Shown here: one piece after another, positions 21,589 through 32,624 of the stretch
Layout: each line of letters begins with the position of its first letter
Position numbering within the stretch: position 1 is the stretch's first letter
NCBI GenBank assembly: GCA_009859145.1
Contig: VRVR01000063.1
Location: 15,283-60,236 of the forward strand
Source: Andalucia godoyi And28
Taxonomy: Eukaryota; Protista; Jakobida
Direction of reading: 5' to 3'
DNA: 44,954 nt
Notes under the pieces: generated by a model
Told to the model about the DNA's origin: nothing
Database searches by the model: none
The model's input: the letters and a program-made list of their open reading frames with translations, nothing else
Translations under genes and position numbers: made by a program

Positions 21589-22959
21589 ATGAGTTCCGAT
21601 ACTTATGTTCTTGACGCTCCGACACTCCATTTGACGCCGGGAAACGAACATGTACCAAATAAGATGCTTGTGGGTCTAGACAATTCGAACGGGAGCAACC
21701 CGCAGCCGGATGTCGGGTGTATGAATGGCCAAGCAGCTGCAAATTATCAGCTGTCGGGTGTTCTTCCAGGAATTATGTCGACTATCAACCAGCGCCGATT
21801 TCACGTAGCAGTAGCATGCGTGGAGTGCAGACGCGCACATACCGCGTGTTGTGTTCGGCGACCATGTACAAGGTGTGTTCTCCGTCACACTGATTGTCTT
21901 GACCACCCACCTCCAGAAGACTCCAAAAAGATACGAAGTCGTCTTATTGGAACGGCATCGTCACTGAATGAGCATCGTAATACCCCGTCTCATACATCAT
22001 CCAGTAATTCTACCAGCTCAAGCCCTTCTCATGAATCAACCATCACGTGGTCGAGCCCTTTCGACAGTCGATCGGTTGCCTCAATCCCAATTTTTCCATC
22101 TCAAGATAAGACGATTCTAACTTCGGAAATCGTCTGCGCATCAAGAATGGTCGAAAGTGATGCAGCTGTGCACCGCGGTGACATTGCCGCAAATGTGCAA
22201 CATTTCATCGATATCATTCCTTATGAGTTGTATCAGATATCGGTTCGTTCTAAACATGCTCAAAAGAGTGAGTACCCTGCAGTACTTCCTTGCCTGTCCA
22301 ATCACGATCAGAACATCGCGAACCGCATGTGCCGAGCTCTTGCGGATCTACTCGTCAAATACAAATCATTTCGAAATGAAAGTTCGGCCCGATCAGACGG
22401 TGTGCAACCTATTTCTCAATCGACCATTTTATCAAATTTGGGAACAGTTCATCCGAATCCTGCACCGGACTGCACGGCGAATGGAATGAACGATGTTTGT
22501 GTTCGGCTCCTGCAATCGCTTGCTTTCCAGTCCCTGCAGGCGCAGGTTGAGAACAACTTTGACGATCATCCAATAAATTTGCATCCGGGACTTGTAGTTG
22601 TGACAGACAGGAATGGATCTGTGCTGTGGACGTCCGAACACGTGGGATATTGGAGTGGGAAATCGATTTCGCAGGTTCTTAAACAGTCAATGCCGCTTGC
22701 ATCGAGCATTCCGGACAAACGACTGGATGATCATTTTTTGTCTTGGTTTAAGTGTCTGGACAGTCCGTTTATGATACTTCACCGGTCAGTGGATAACAGT
22801 TTGCGAGGCGAATTGCTTCACTGTGCCATCCTCTTTCTTCGCGATGAGAATTGGATACCGCAGTTCGCTGTCCTTTGCTACGTTCCTATTCGGGACGTGG
22901 GTGTGTGGAATTCTCATGGAATTGCACGTGTAGAGGATGCCTTTTATGGTGAACCGTGA
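21589..22959 (+). CDS. Zn(II)2Cys6 transcription factor with a possible C-terminal PAS-like domain
   Basis: VACVECRRAHTACCVRRPCTRCVLRHTDC forms the zinc cluster, followed by a Ser-rich linker and a C-terminal VVVTDRNGSVLWTS...SGKSISQVL segment. Intact 456 aa, divergent from the previous gene. Confidence 0.85.
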   Translation: MSSDTYVLDAPTLHLTPGNEHVPNKMLVGLDNSNGSNPQPDVGCMNGQAAANYQLSGVLPGIMSTINQRRFHVAVACVECRRAHTACCVRRPCTRCVLRHTDCLDHPPPEDSKKIRSRLIGTASSLNEHRNTPSHTSSSNSTSSSPSHESTITWSSPFDSRSVASIPIFPSQDKTILTSEIVCASRMVESDAAVHRGDIAANVQHFIDIIPYELYQISVRSKHAQKSEYPAVLPCLSNHDQNIANRMCRALADLLVKYKSFRNESSARSDGVQPISQSTILSNLGTVHPNPAPDCTANGMNDVCVRLLQSLAFQSLQAQVENNFDDHPINLHPGLVVVTDRNGSVLWTSEHVGYWSGKSISQVLKQSMPLASSIPDKRLDDHFLSWFKCLDSPFMILHRSVDNSLRGELLHCAILFLRDENWIPQFAVLCYVPIRDVGVWNSHGIARVEDAFYGEP

Positions 22960-23513
22960 GTTGTGGCCCGTGTTTCTGGAAGTTCCAATTCATCTCATTG
23001 TTGACTTCACCGCAGAGCTTTAAAAACGGGCTGCACGACTGAGCTCTTGCAAATGACTTCGAAGCGAAGGAAACGGCGTGCAAATACTCAATTCTGTATC
23101 TGGTTGCAAACTTCTGTACCTTCGGTTGTCGACGGACTTTCCAAATTTGGAAGTGGAAGCTACGTTTTCCCACCGATCTTTTGGCAACAAGCCAAGTTGA
23201 GTAATCGTGATTTCCAAATAGGGAATGTCGTTACTGTGTTGCTCGGTAGTCCGAAACAAGCAAGTCCAAATTCTGATCTTTCTTTTTTCGTTGCCGATTT
23301 TCTGGTACGTTCTTTCATGGGGATTTCGAAGCATTTTTTGATCATTGCTCTGCTTCCAGCTCCACGAAACTTTTTGTGCTTCCATTTCATCGAGCAAGTC
23401 ATTCTTCAGGACCTGATTGCCTTCTCCTAGGTTCCTTCCGCTCTCTACAGTAGAATCAAGAGAGATATTTAACTGCGTCTTCTCATATATTTTAGAATGT
23501 TGCATCTCCGTTA

Positions 23514-23963
23514 TTGTCTGCGAACTCCCAACCAGCACGCACATCTTCATGTCTTCTCTTCGCAGAGTCCTTAATTCAAGGCGTCTGGTTCACTGGAGAA
23601 ATCCATATAGACTGGGCTCCTGATAGCAGCCGCAAGTCTTTTAAGGAAGATTCATCCAAAGGAACCACATACAAGATACCATGGTCTCCAGAAGAAGAAC
23701 GACTGTTTGAAGAGTGCCTTCGAGTGTGTGGCAGGGGCAAATGGACAGTTATTTCCAAACTAATGAAAACCCGTTCTCCTTGTCAAGTCAAAAATCACGC
23801 ATGGACTTTCTTTAGGAGACTCTCGACCCCCCGATCACGGAGCAAAAGGTTTCCTTGGGAAATAGGAAATGCTGAAAACGCCATTTCAGCAGCGCGTGAA
23901 AAAAATTTGTTGAGCAATGCATCGCAAACGGCAGCTGCGACAAGCCCTCGCAAAGAACACTAA
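23514..23963 (+). CDS. Single-repeat Myb/SANT (SHAQKY-like) DNA-binding protein; start uncertain
   Basis: PWSPEEERLFEECLRVCGRGKWTVISKLMKTRSPCQVKNHAWTFF; no in-frame ATG precedes the domain. Confidence 0.75.
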   Translation: MSANSQPARTSSCLLFAESLIQGVWFTGEIHIDWAPDSSRKSFKEDSSKGTTYKIPWSPEEERLFEECLRVCGRGKWTVISKLMKTRSPCQVKNHAWTFFRRLSTPRSRSKRFPWEIGNAENAISAAREKNLLSNASQTAAATSPRKEH

Positions 23964-25467
23964 CCAGTACTGCGGTTTCTTCAATCGAAACGGACTCTAT
24001 TTCTTTGGTCATTCGTGACCAACTTCAAAGGCCTAAAAAACCCGTCAGCGATACTGGATTTTCCCGTAGTACATTTGATTTGTCGCCCTCTGATCAAGAG
24101 CCATGCATGTTGAAACTCGATTTGCTGGATGTATGCTGTGAGCTCTATTCGCGTACTGCCATTGGTGTTGTTCTCTGACGCGCAACTTCCTCGAGATTTG
24201 GGAGGTAATTATATATTTTTTCACATATTGGTTTTTAAAACAGTGCTCTATTGTTTTATTTGCTGTTCTGGCCTCTAGCTGCGTGTTTAACTATCCTTCG
24301 CCCGTCTTAAGCAGCGCTGCCCATGAAAAGGTGACCAGGCGGTGCAATGAAATTCAGGCCATCAACCCCATCACGGACTTCCGTCAACGTATGAATGGAA
24401 GATAACTAAAGACAATCTCCAAAAAAGAGCATGCAGGAGTCTTGAAGTTTTCCGTCAAATTGTGGTGAAATATGCAGCGTCGACGCCATTTACCGGTTTC
24501 AGCGTGTTGCTACCATCATCCACTTGTTCTTCGTTGTCCGATGTCTGCATTTTGACACTAAGACTCCCTGCGGATCTCGTTCTCAATACGGATCTCATGT
24601 AGACGATCAGTTGTTCCTTGAGCTGTGGAACTACCGCTGCCCCATCTTACTGGTCCATCATTTCTTGTCTAGTGAAAGCACATGGTCTTCACATCTGGAA
24701 AGGTGAATCTCAGTCGAATGTCCATGCCAGGATTGTCGCATGAACAAGTCGCTGCCACTGGCATTCCTTATCTCTGAATCGACGAAGGAAATCAGAAAGG
24801 TGCACTCTCGAGTTTCGACGCTCGCTGTTCCCCGAAGAGCGGGACTACCGTCACTTGGATCCGCAGTGCTATGATTATACCTTCTACGTCATGCGCACAG
24901 AAATTATTCCGCTTGGATACACAGAGGTTGCATCCAATGAACTGATGGCATTTCCGAATAGCAATCAACACAGACTTCGGGAGATCGTGTCCTATCCATC
25001 CAAGAAAGAGCCTTTTCTTGTTGACAGGCCACTGGTTCGACGTTCGGTCATTTTCTTTCTAGTGAATTCCGAGGTACCAATCGTATCGACATCGGATGTG
25101 GAAGTGCTGCCGGAGAAAATTCTGGATTACGATGTAGCATGCGACATGCGTCTGGCAGTTATGTAAGACCGGTCTCTTTTTGAAAAAGGACCTGAATGAG
25201 GAACTGTCGCACAATTTTAACTTTTGCGAGCATTAATCTTCTGGTCTGGTGGTTTTTTCCGTCAGAAAAGCTCACTGACGATGTAGGATAGGAGATTATT
25301 ATCTACCAAACGTCGCAGCTTCCGGCTTTCATCTTTTGAACGTTTTCAAATAATGAGTATAAACACATCTATGACGTTTTGATATTCTGTGTGATTCCGA
25401 CGGAAAAGTAAAAAGTAAATCAATGGTATTCACATTTGATCACTGAGGGAACAGAACCCCACTGGAT

Positions 25468-27498
25468 CTATGTGGATCCTGAATGATTCGGATAAGTCCG
25501 CATGCGGCTAGCGAAGTCAGAGATCATGTCGTAGAAACTATCAAAGAGATCGTCATCGTCCAGCTCCTCCATCCCGCCGTTGCCGGTGGCGGCTCGAAGC
25601 GGTAAGAGATATCCGTGGCAATACACGATGTCAAAGTGCACATGAACACTCATGCGATCCAGGGGCAATGCTTCAACGTTCCCGGCATCGATCTCTTCTT
25701 CCAAACGCTCACGACTCCACGAACTTGCGCCGCTGACTGTGCTTCTCGATGCTTCTTGTGCCTCTCCTTGTTTCCTTCCCCTTCTGAGATTGGTATCCAC
25801 CATTTGATCAAAGGGATAATCGAACTGACGATTCTGCAAGTACAACTTCAATCCTTCCCTGCGCGCAGTGCTCTCTGCTTCGTTAGCGTACCAGCGGTCC
25901 TCATCGTTATCAACATCATGTAGCACCCACGCATCCCAGTCATTGTCTTCGCGAGGATATTCTTCCAGAAACTCAGCGTACTCCTTGAACGCCGCCTTGT
26001 TTTCTTGTTTTGCTTCCACCAAGATTACTTGACCTCCATCGCTGCCTCCCGAGTACATGCCCCAATAACGTAGCGCTGTTGCTCGGGGAAGATCTCGACT
26101 GACTGGTCTGCCTGTGATTTGTGTCGAGACACGAAAAGATGCATAGCCGTCTGGAAACACTGGCAACCCCCGCGAAACCCTCTGCTCTGCCTTTTTGATA
26201 TAGGCCTCTACGAGCTGCGACACTGTGACTGCAGCGCTGCTTGCCTTCGAAGTGGACCTTGTTCGAATTCTACTGGAAGTTGCGGGCTGATCAAATCGTG
26301 TCTCCCACGGGGTATCACGGAAGAGCGCCTCGAAATGACCAAAGATCTTATGAGCATTTGCCTTCCGCTCTTCTTCATTCTGGATGACATCGTCGTTCTG
26401 TCCGTCCGGCAGATGGAGGAATGGTGGAGGAAACCAGATGGAAATTTGCAGGCTCAGGTGATCCAATTGTTCCCATGCAAGACTCATGAAAGCAGCATCA
26501 TCATCCAATGGTCCTGGGACCAATGGGACGTGGTCCACCGAGTACCGCTTATCTCTCCACAATTGTTCTCTTTTGAAATCAAAGCCTACTCTCGTCATTG
26601 CAAAGTGTCGAAACACTGCATTTCGGACGCGGGTTTCAATTCCTTGTGCAGGCCATGCATCTTCCATTTGAGAGGACTGGTTCAGAAGGACCATGTACTG
26701 CGATTCTCCCGCAGTCAGCATCCCATCAGCCCATGCAAAATACTCTTTTAAAGCTTCTTCATTTTGCGCATTTGCCTCTATAACAACCACATTCATAAAG
26801 CATGATGTTGTGCTCGTGACGGAATCCGTAAGGTTCTTGATTCTCAATGGAGTGCTTTCTTTGCTCTCGGAATCTCCATTCATGTCTTCATCGTTTTCAC
26901 CTTCTTCTACAGTAGGATTCCCGCATTCGTGATCCTGAACATAGGATTGCAAGGAACTCATCACTGCCCAGTAACAGATATCATCGGCAGCTGCGGATTG
27001 TCGAGGTTGTCCCAGAAGACGAATCTGCAGTTCAAATTCGTTGGAGTTTATCACATCCACTTCATTTTCTTGATGAACTTCGGAGGCCGACAACACGCTT
27101 CTTGAAATTCCTGAAAGATCGTCATTACCATCTGAGCCTGAGTGTGCTGCTAGCATTTTCATGTTTGAGATCGACGTACTTGCTGTTTCTGCAGGATGTT
27201 CCAAAGCAACATTCCGCTTCTTGCAATCTTCGCTGGAGGATCGCAATCGTCCCATGCCCTGATTTGCGATGTGCTGGATACTCGAAAACAACAAATTGCA
27301 GCGTCGTGTGGTACACAGACTTCGGGAAAAGGAGGACTTTATAGCACGAGTCGATTGCACTAACAGGTACGAGTGACGGCAGGCCGCAAGCATACTGCAC
27401 AGGACAAGAATGCTGATTCCCACAAAACACTCATAAACAAACGTCCAATAGGAAGCTTGGGTTGAAGTGGTGGTCTGAAGAAGAAGATTTGCAATCAA
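25468..27498 (-). CDS. Acidic hypothetical protein with an internal two-fold repeat (true start probably ATG ~27162-27255)
   Basis: Long open frame; two segments align by eye (see findings); no family recognised. Confidence 0.65.
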   Translation of the reverse strand: MIANLLLQTTTSTQASYWTFVYECFVGISILVLCSMLAACRHSYLLVQSTRAIKSSFSRSLCTTRRCNLLFSSIQHIANQGMGRLRSSSEDCKKRNVALEHPAETASTSISNMKMLAAHSGSDGNDDLSGISRSVLSASEVHQENEVDVINSNEFELQIRLLGQPRQSAAADDICYWAVMSSLQSYVQDHECGNPTVEEGENDEDMNGDSESKESTPLRIKNLTDSVTSTTSCFMNVVVIEANAQNEEALKEYFAWADGMLTAGESQYMVLLNQSSQMEDAWPAQGIETRVRNAVFRHFAMTRVGFDFKREQLWRDKRYSVDHVPLVPGPLDDDAAFMSLAWEQLDHLSLQISIWFPPPFLHLPDGQNDDVIQNEEERKANAHKIFGHFEALFRDTPWETRFDQPATSSRIRTRSTSKASSAAVTVSQLVEAYIKKAEQRVSRGLPVFPDGYASFRVSTQITGRPVSRDLPRATALRYWGMYSGGSDGGQVILVEAKQENKAAFKEYAEFLEEYPREDNDWDAWVLHDVDNDEDRWYANEAESTARREGLKLYLQNRQFDYPFDQMVDTNLRRGRKQGEAQEASRSTVSGASSWSRERLEEEIDAGNVEALPLDRMSVHVHFDIVYCHGYLLPLRAATGNGGMEELDDDDLFDSFYDMISDFASRMRTYPNHSGST

Positions 27499-28224
27499 AT
27501 CCCCATGCCTGCATCAAATGATGCAGTGTTCGTCTTTTCGTGAGCCCTGTTGATTCAGTTGAAATTGCAATGTGGTGTCTTGCAGTAACTTTAAATCGAA
27601 TTGCATCTCATTCTCACCGCAACTGTGCCGATTTTTCGCCAATCGAAGAGCAAAAACAACAAGAAGGACGGAGTATGTTTTGCTTTCGTTTCAGATGTTT
27701 ATTCTTCGATCAATAGGCTCTTGTCAGCATCCCACAATGTTTAGGATTCGATGCTGTGGGCAACGTCTTTGACGGTTGACAGTGTCTTCATTCTCCTTTT
27801 GTTCATCCTGACGTTCATTTCGTAGGTGAACCGAGTGTCAGGAGACACAACACCGAAGCTAGTGGATTCCGTACTGTTTTTCGGGGTTGATGGATTACCT
27901 GCCTTGTCGGGCGATAATCCCAATCCCATTATCGGTGATCAGCACCAGTTCCCAGTTTTGCAGCGCTTGTGAACGCCGGGTGCATGCCTACTGCTCACGT
28001 GTCCACGATTGTGGGACACATCTTTCTTTGGACTGCGAAAGACATCTGTGGCATCTATGTGAGATTCCCCGTCAAGATCCTGTGATCATGATGGTGATTT
28101 ATGAAAATTCAATTTTTGGTAAGCGGCATATTTTTTTTAATGCAAATGGTACTCTTTCTCTTCTGCCATTTCTCCCTTTCATTTCCGATCTGGTATTAAT
28201 CACCGATCTTCCGCAATAACGGAA

Positions 28225-29634
28225 TCAGTCTCTCCGTTTGCCGAAGTCACCAATCCTACAATCGCTTTCTGATCCGAGATTCAGTCGATCTTCGATACTT
28301 TCCCCGGAAGCTCTCTTCGCGTTGTTGAATGGTGACGCAGAAGAACCAGACGTTTGGGGCGACTCCCGTGAAGAACTGGCGCATTGAAACGTATCTGGAC
28401 GACGTGGGATCTGGCAAGGGACGGGCACCGATGGCATGTAAACTGGATGCTGCTCCGTACGCGAACTTGGGCGCCGGTGAGGAAGTTCTGCTATCTGGGC
28501 GCAATATTCTCTCAGTCTCTGATCTGGAGAACATGCGGGACTCTGATTGGGATACCAGCAATCACGAGACCCAGGAAGAGCACTGCGAGAATAAACATGC
28601 TGTCCAGAAACTGTACCACCTTGCAGAGGTATGCTTTGCCACAGTAACAGAGGCCCAGAAGGATAGAGAGCAACCGCTGGCATGCGCGCGAACACTTGAT
28701 TCATCCTGTTAAGAGAGGGAAGTGAAACGGATCTGAAAGGATTGGGAATCAACTGTGAATGTGTAGTTGCCGATGAACTGAAAGCATCTTGTAAAGTGAG
28801 AGTTCGGTTAAATTGAACAGCGGCATCATGGACAGTGTCAACGTCACTGCGACTTCTCAAGGAGTGCACGGGCAATGGAGTAGCAGCGTACAAGTTATCC
28901 TCTTGTGGCAGATATCCTGTGGAAAGGTTCTGATGGAGGAATTTGCGCGGGTTTGGATCCAAAATATGATGCTGCGACTGCAACATAGTGCGATATTCCA
29001 GGCTACGTCCTCCAGGAATCGGGCCTGTCAAGACATTCCCGGAAAGTGAAGGAAAAAGGGAAGAGGGAATCGTGGACACGGTATATTCATTTCCTGTGCA
29101 ACGTGACGAACAGGCTTTGGTGTTTGCAGCATGGCCCAATTGCATATATTCATGTGAAGGCGCCAAACTGCGCAAGGCAGATGAAGGTCCGTCGTGGTGC
29201 TGTTCCAAAGTCCTCACAGTTGAATCCACATCCCACGCCTGTGGATTGAAAGGGGATTCTGGATATTCGTTAGACTGGGCATTGCTCGGAATATCAAGAA
29301 ATGCGCTCTGGGAAGGACCAGCAGTGCTAACAGCCCGTGGAATCTCCGGAGACATTCCAACATTTTCCAGAGTACATGGTCGATGGTGATGCCAGATTCG
29401 CTTCCAATTTTCGACGTCGCTTGATTTGTCTTTCATTTCGACAACAGTCCTTTCATGAAAGAGTATTTTAGTTTTCCAAGGTCTACCACGTTTTTTGTCG
29501 GTATACACACACTCATTGCGTGTTTGCACACATCGCCGACAAGGAGGGCCTGACCGATCGCACTTCGTGTGAACGTTTCGGCAAGAAATACAAGAACTTG
29601 GATGAAGATGTGAGCCAGGTTGAAGGTTTTCCAT
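28225..29634 (-). CDS. Zn(II)2Cys6 transcription factor
   Basis: MENLQPGSHLHPSSCISCRNVHTKCDRSGPPCRRCVQTRNECVYTDKKRGRPW, followed by a Ser/Pro-rich disordered tail and a TGA stop. Confidence 0.88.
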   Translation of the reverse strand: MENLQPGSHLHPSSCISCRNVHTKCDRSGPPCRRCVQTRNECVYTDKKRGRPWKTKILFHERTVVEMKDKSSDVENWKRIWHHHRPCTLENVGMSPEIPRAVSTAGPSQSAFLDIPSNAQSNEYPESPFNPQAWDVDSTVRTLEQHHDGPSSALRSLAPSHEYMQLGHAANTKACSSRCTGNEYTVSTIPSSLFPSLSGNVLTGPIPGGRSLEYRTMLQSQHHILDPNPRKFLHQNLSTGYLPQEDNLYAATPLPVHSLRSRSDVDTVHDAAVQFNRTLTLQDAFSSSATTHSQLIPNPFRSVSLPSLNRMNQVFARMPAVALYPSGPLLLWQSIPLQGGTVSGQHVYSRSALPGSRDCWYPNQSPACSPDQRLREYCAQIAELPHRRPSSRTEQHPVYMPSVPVPCQIPRRPDTFQCASSSRESPQTSGSSASPFNNAKRASGESIEDRLNLGSESDCRIGDFGKRRD

Positions 29635-30242
29635 GGTCACGAACTGCTTAAGCAGAAAAACTGAAAACTCCTTAAACAATTGATCTGGAATACAATATGA
29701 AAATATGAGGGTCTGCCATAACGCGTCTCTCATATCTGACCGGACTTCGACGTGAACTGCTTGTTTTTGAAGTTTCGTGAAAGTGTGGCATCTCGGAGGG
29801 ACATGGTTTTACAATCCTGTTGTCACACCAGCCAATTTGCTTGACTACGGAATTTCGGGTATTTCCTAAAAAGGCGGCCTATCGCGGAACATCCGACATT
29901 GACTTCATTATGTAGGAACATGAAAAGAGCAGTACGATGCAATTAAAAAAGACCTCTTAAACACGAAAAGGAGTATCCAGAATGGAGCTAAACATGGCCA
30001 ATGCGTCTTGTTCATCATCCACCGGCAAACATGTCATGCAAAAAGGAATTCAGGTGACTGGTAAAAAAAAAATACAGCCCTTTGGGAATGTAATTTATCT
30101 GCATTCTGGTTTCTGACACGGTTTTTGTTGGGTTGTCTACAATTGCGGATCCAAAAAATTACATGCATCTTTTTTAGTATCGGCACGATCCATTCGCTCG
30201 GAAATACCTTTCTAGGATTCGTGTTGCCTCACTTCTTCAAGA

Positions 30243-31261
30243 TCGCTGAACGTTTGGTTCATTGTTCGATTTGTCGTGTTTCGACGAGTTGAAATGCAGC
30301 GTAAGGAAGCGTTTGCCCTGTTTGATCTTGTCCCGAAATCGACTGTGCGCAATCTTGTTAATTCAGTCACGGAAACCGCTTGTTTGTGGGATGCTCATGG
30401 ATCCGACAGCCTGCCTTCATCCTCCGGATTCACCGGAGTGTCTTCGAACTCGTCTGCGGTCCAGTCCATGACGAAGGCTCCAACGCTGCGGCTGTTGATC
30501 GTGGCAATTGCATGTTTCTTTTTCCTGTATACTGTGGGCATGTTAGGCTTTTTCTTTGTGAATTATTTCATTTACATGCAAGTGCAGTACGATCCTGCGG
30601 AGATTATCTGGTCTGGCCAGCTGTCTGCGCTGTGTTCGCGTGTTCTTACTGTTTCTCGCCAGTGGGATGCGAGCCTCATGTTGCAGCGGGACAACTCAGA
30701 AATGCTGAGTACCCTGCGTTCTCAACTCGATCAACTTTCTTCCGCTTACAAGTCGATTCGTTTCGGAGACACATCCAGACATTTGCCGGGGATCACTGCG
30801 GATCGAACGACATTCATGAGCATCCTCTTTGATCGTACGTGCAATTTGACAGGCTTGCAGTGTGCGGGAATGGATGCGACGCTTCTTGCATTCATTGAGG
30901 AACTGTCGAATTATGCGCAGATGCGAGCCGCCGACATTACCTCAGCTACGTGGCCGGCAGCAGCAGCACGTGTTCAGAATGCCGCTGTCATCTATGAGCG
31001 CTGGCTCCGCTTGCAGCTCGACGGTTTTCGGAATCAAATGACCGTTGAGAATAAGTCCATTCTTGCAGATGCTCTGACCACGCTCATTGCGGTCTACTGT
31101 TCGGCGACGTTGCTGGTGGGGGGCTAGTGTTTATCATTTGCGTGTGGCCGTTGGTTTTGGAGATGAGAGACCAGCGCAAGAGAATGGATGTCTTGCTGCT
31201 CATGCTGCCGACCAAAGTCATATACACCAACGACTCGCTTTGCAGCTATTTGATCGAGTGA
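30243..31261 (+). pseudogene. C-terminal part of a TmcB-like membrane protein lacking PAS and cyclase; 5' part missing
   Basis: Matches the cyclase paralogs (F.LVPK, RFG, C...C, LLLMLPTKVIYTNDSLCSYL). A frameshift in the G6 run at ~31117-31123 restores the last TM segment, and it ends in TGA at 31259-31261. Confidence 0.7.
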
Positions 31262-31714
31262 AAGGACTTGGTTGTAGAAGACTCCACGCTTTGAAATCAC
31301 ATCACCATCACTGTCACCGCCGCCGCTACTTTGGCCACTGCTACTGTTGCTGCTGTTATTGTCGTGATGATGATGACGCTCAGCTCTGAATACCGTCATA
31401 ATTTTTGGAAACGCACGAATGACATGTACGAACCCTTTGTCTGGAGGCTTTTAAAAAGGAAATGAACGGCTGACGGCGAAACATTGGAAAAAGTCTTGAA
31501 TCATCTTCAACGGCAAACTTCGTCTTGAACCAAAGAATGCACACAGTGGTACACTGGAAGTCACACTTTTGTACAAAATGGGGTAGCGAGTTGACCGTGT
31601 GTCACCGCACGGGAAAGTTTTCGCATCTCAACGGTCTGGAAAGTGATTCAGAACCTGTGATGTGCATCGTCTGCTTGCTGACGGCAAGGTCGCAACATCA
31701 GATAGCACAAAAAT

Positions 31715-32390
31715 TTGCTCTGTGGGAAGATGATCATCGTGTGCACGCAACTGGGAAGTTGGTATGTGACAGCGGAGTGGGCAATACATTCGACACCAAA
31801 TGGGCATATGACCACCGTTATTGAAATTTCTTTTTCACCTGATCGCAAGCGCATTGCATCAGCGTCGTGGGACAACACCGTAGCATCTGGGAAGATGGCC
31901 AATGGTGCCAAACACTTGTTGGGCATGCAGAAAGTGTTAATTGTATTGCATTCTCACCGGACGGCAAGTGCATTGTATCTGGTGCGGACGATGGAACAAT
32001 TAAGTTGTGGAGTCTGCAAGATCCGTTGAAGTTCCAAGCGAGGCCTCAGTCCTCCGTCACCGCCATTGCCGTTTCGACAGATCGAATCGGTTTGCTTCTG
32101 TCCATTCTGACGGTACTGTGAATCTCTGGCATCAAGATCAGTGCACGAGCTCTGTTTCTTTGCCATTTGTTGAGTGGATGTCATTTTACACGGACTTCAT
32201 CGTCATGGGTGTGCAGGTAAATGGGAAAGTTTTCGTTATTCAGGTCGGTCATTTGAGATGGAATGACACTGTCAATGATAAGATACTGATAGAATCGACG
32301 CTGCTTCAGATCACGTGCAGTTCTGACGTACAATGTGTTTTTGGCAAAGGCGCGAGCTCGTTGAACGATGAAGAAGCGCGCTTTCGATAG
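31715..32390 (+). pseudogene. WD40-repeat protein fragment with two frameshifts
   Basis: GHMTTVIEISFSPDRKRIASASWDNTV / IWEDG...GHAESVNCIAFSPDGKCIVSGADDGTIKLW / HSDGTVNLW lie across three frames, with shifts at ~31882 and ~32097. Confidence 0.82.
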
Positions 32391-32624
32391 CTGTGCCACG
32401 TAGTAAAATTGTGTCAGCGGAACGGTCTGGTGGAGCTCAATCCAGTTCGCAAGCGTTGATTGCGAATTACAGGCCAAAGACCCTTTTTTAGACACTTTGC
32501 ACTTCTTTTGGCTTAAAGACTGCCGCAAAATCTTGGCTTACTCATCGCGAATAACCATCTCCAGAAGTGTCCTTCACAGTCGATTTTGAATGAGATGAAT
32601 CGTATCTAGGAACTTTACGGGGTT

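Noticed and set aside
27887-28219. PHD-like CSACERRVHAYC motif
   Set aside because: Only half a finger, with no supporting context.
31300-31380. Mosaic triplet repeats with a weak CATCAC/GTGATG inverted pair
   Set aside because: Low-complexity sequence downstream of a pseudogene; the self-complementarity follows from composition.
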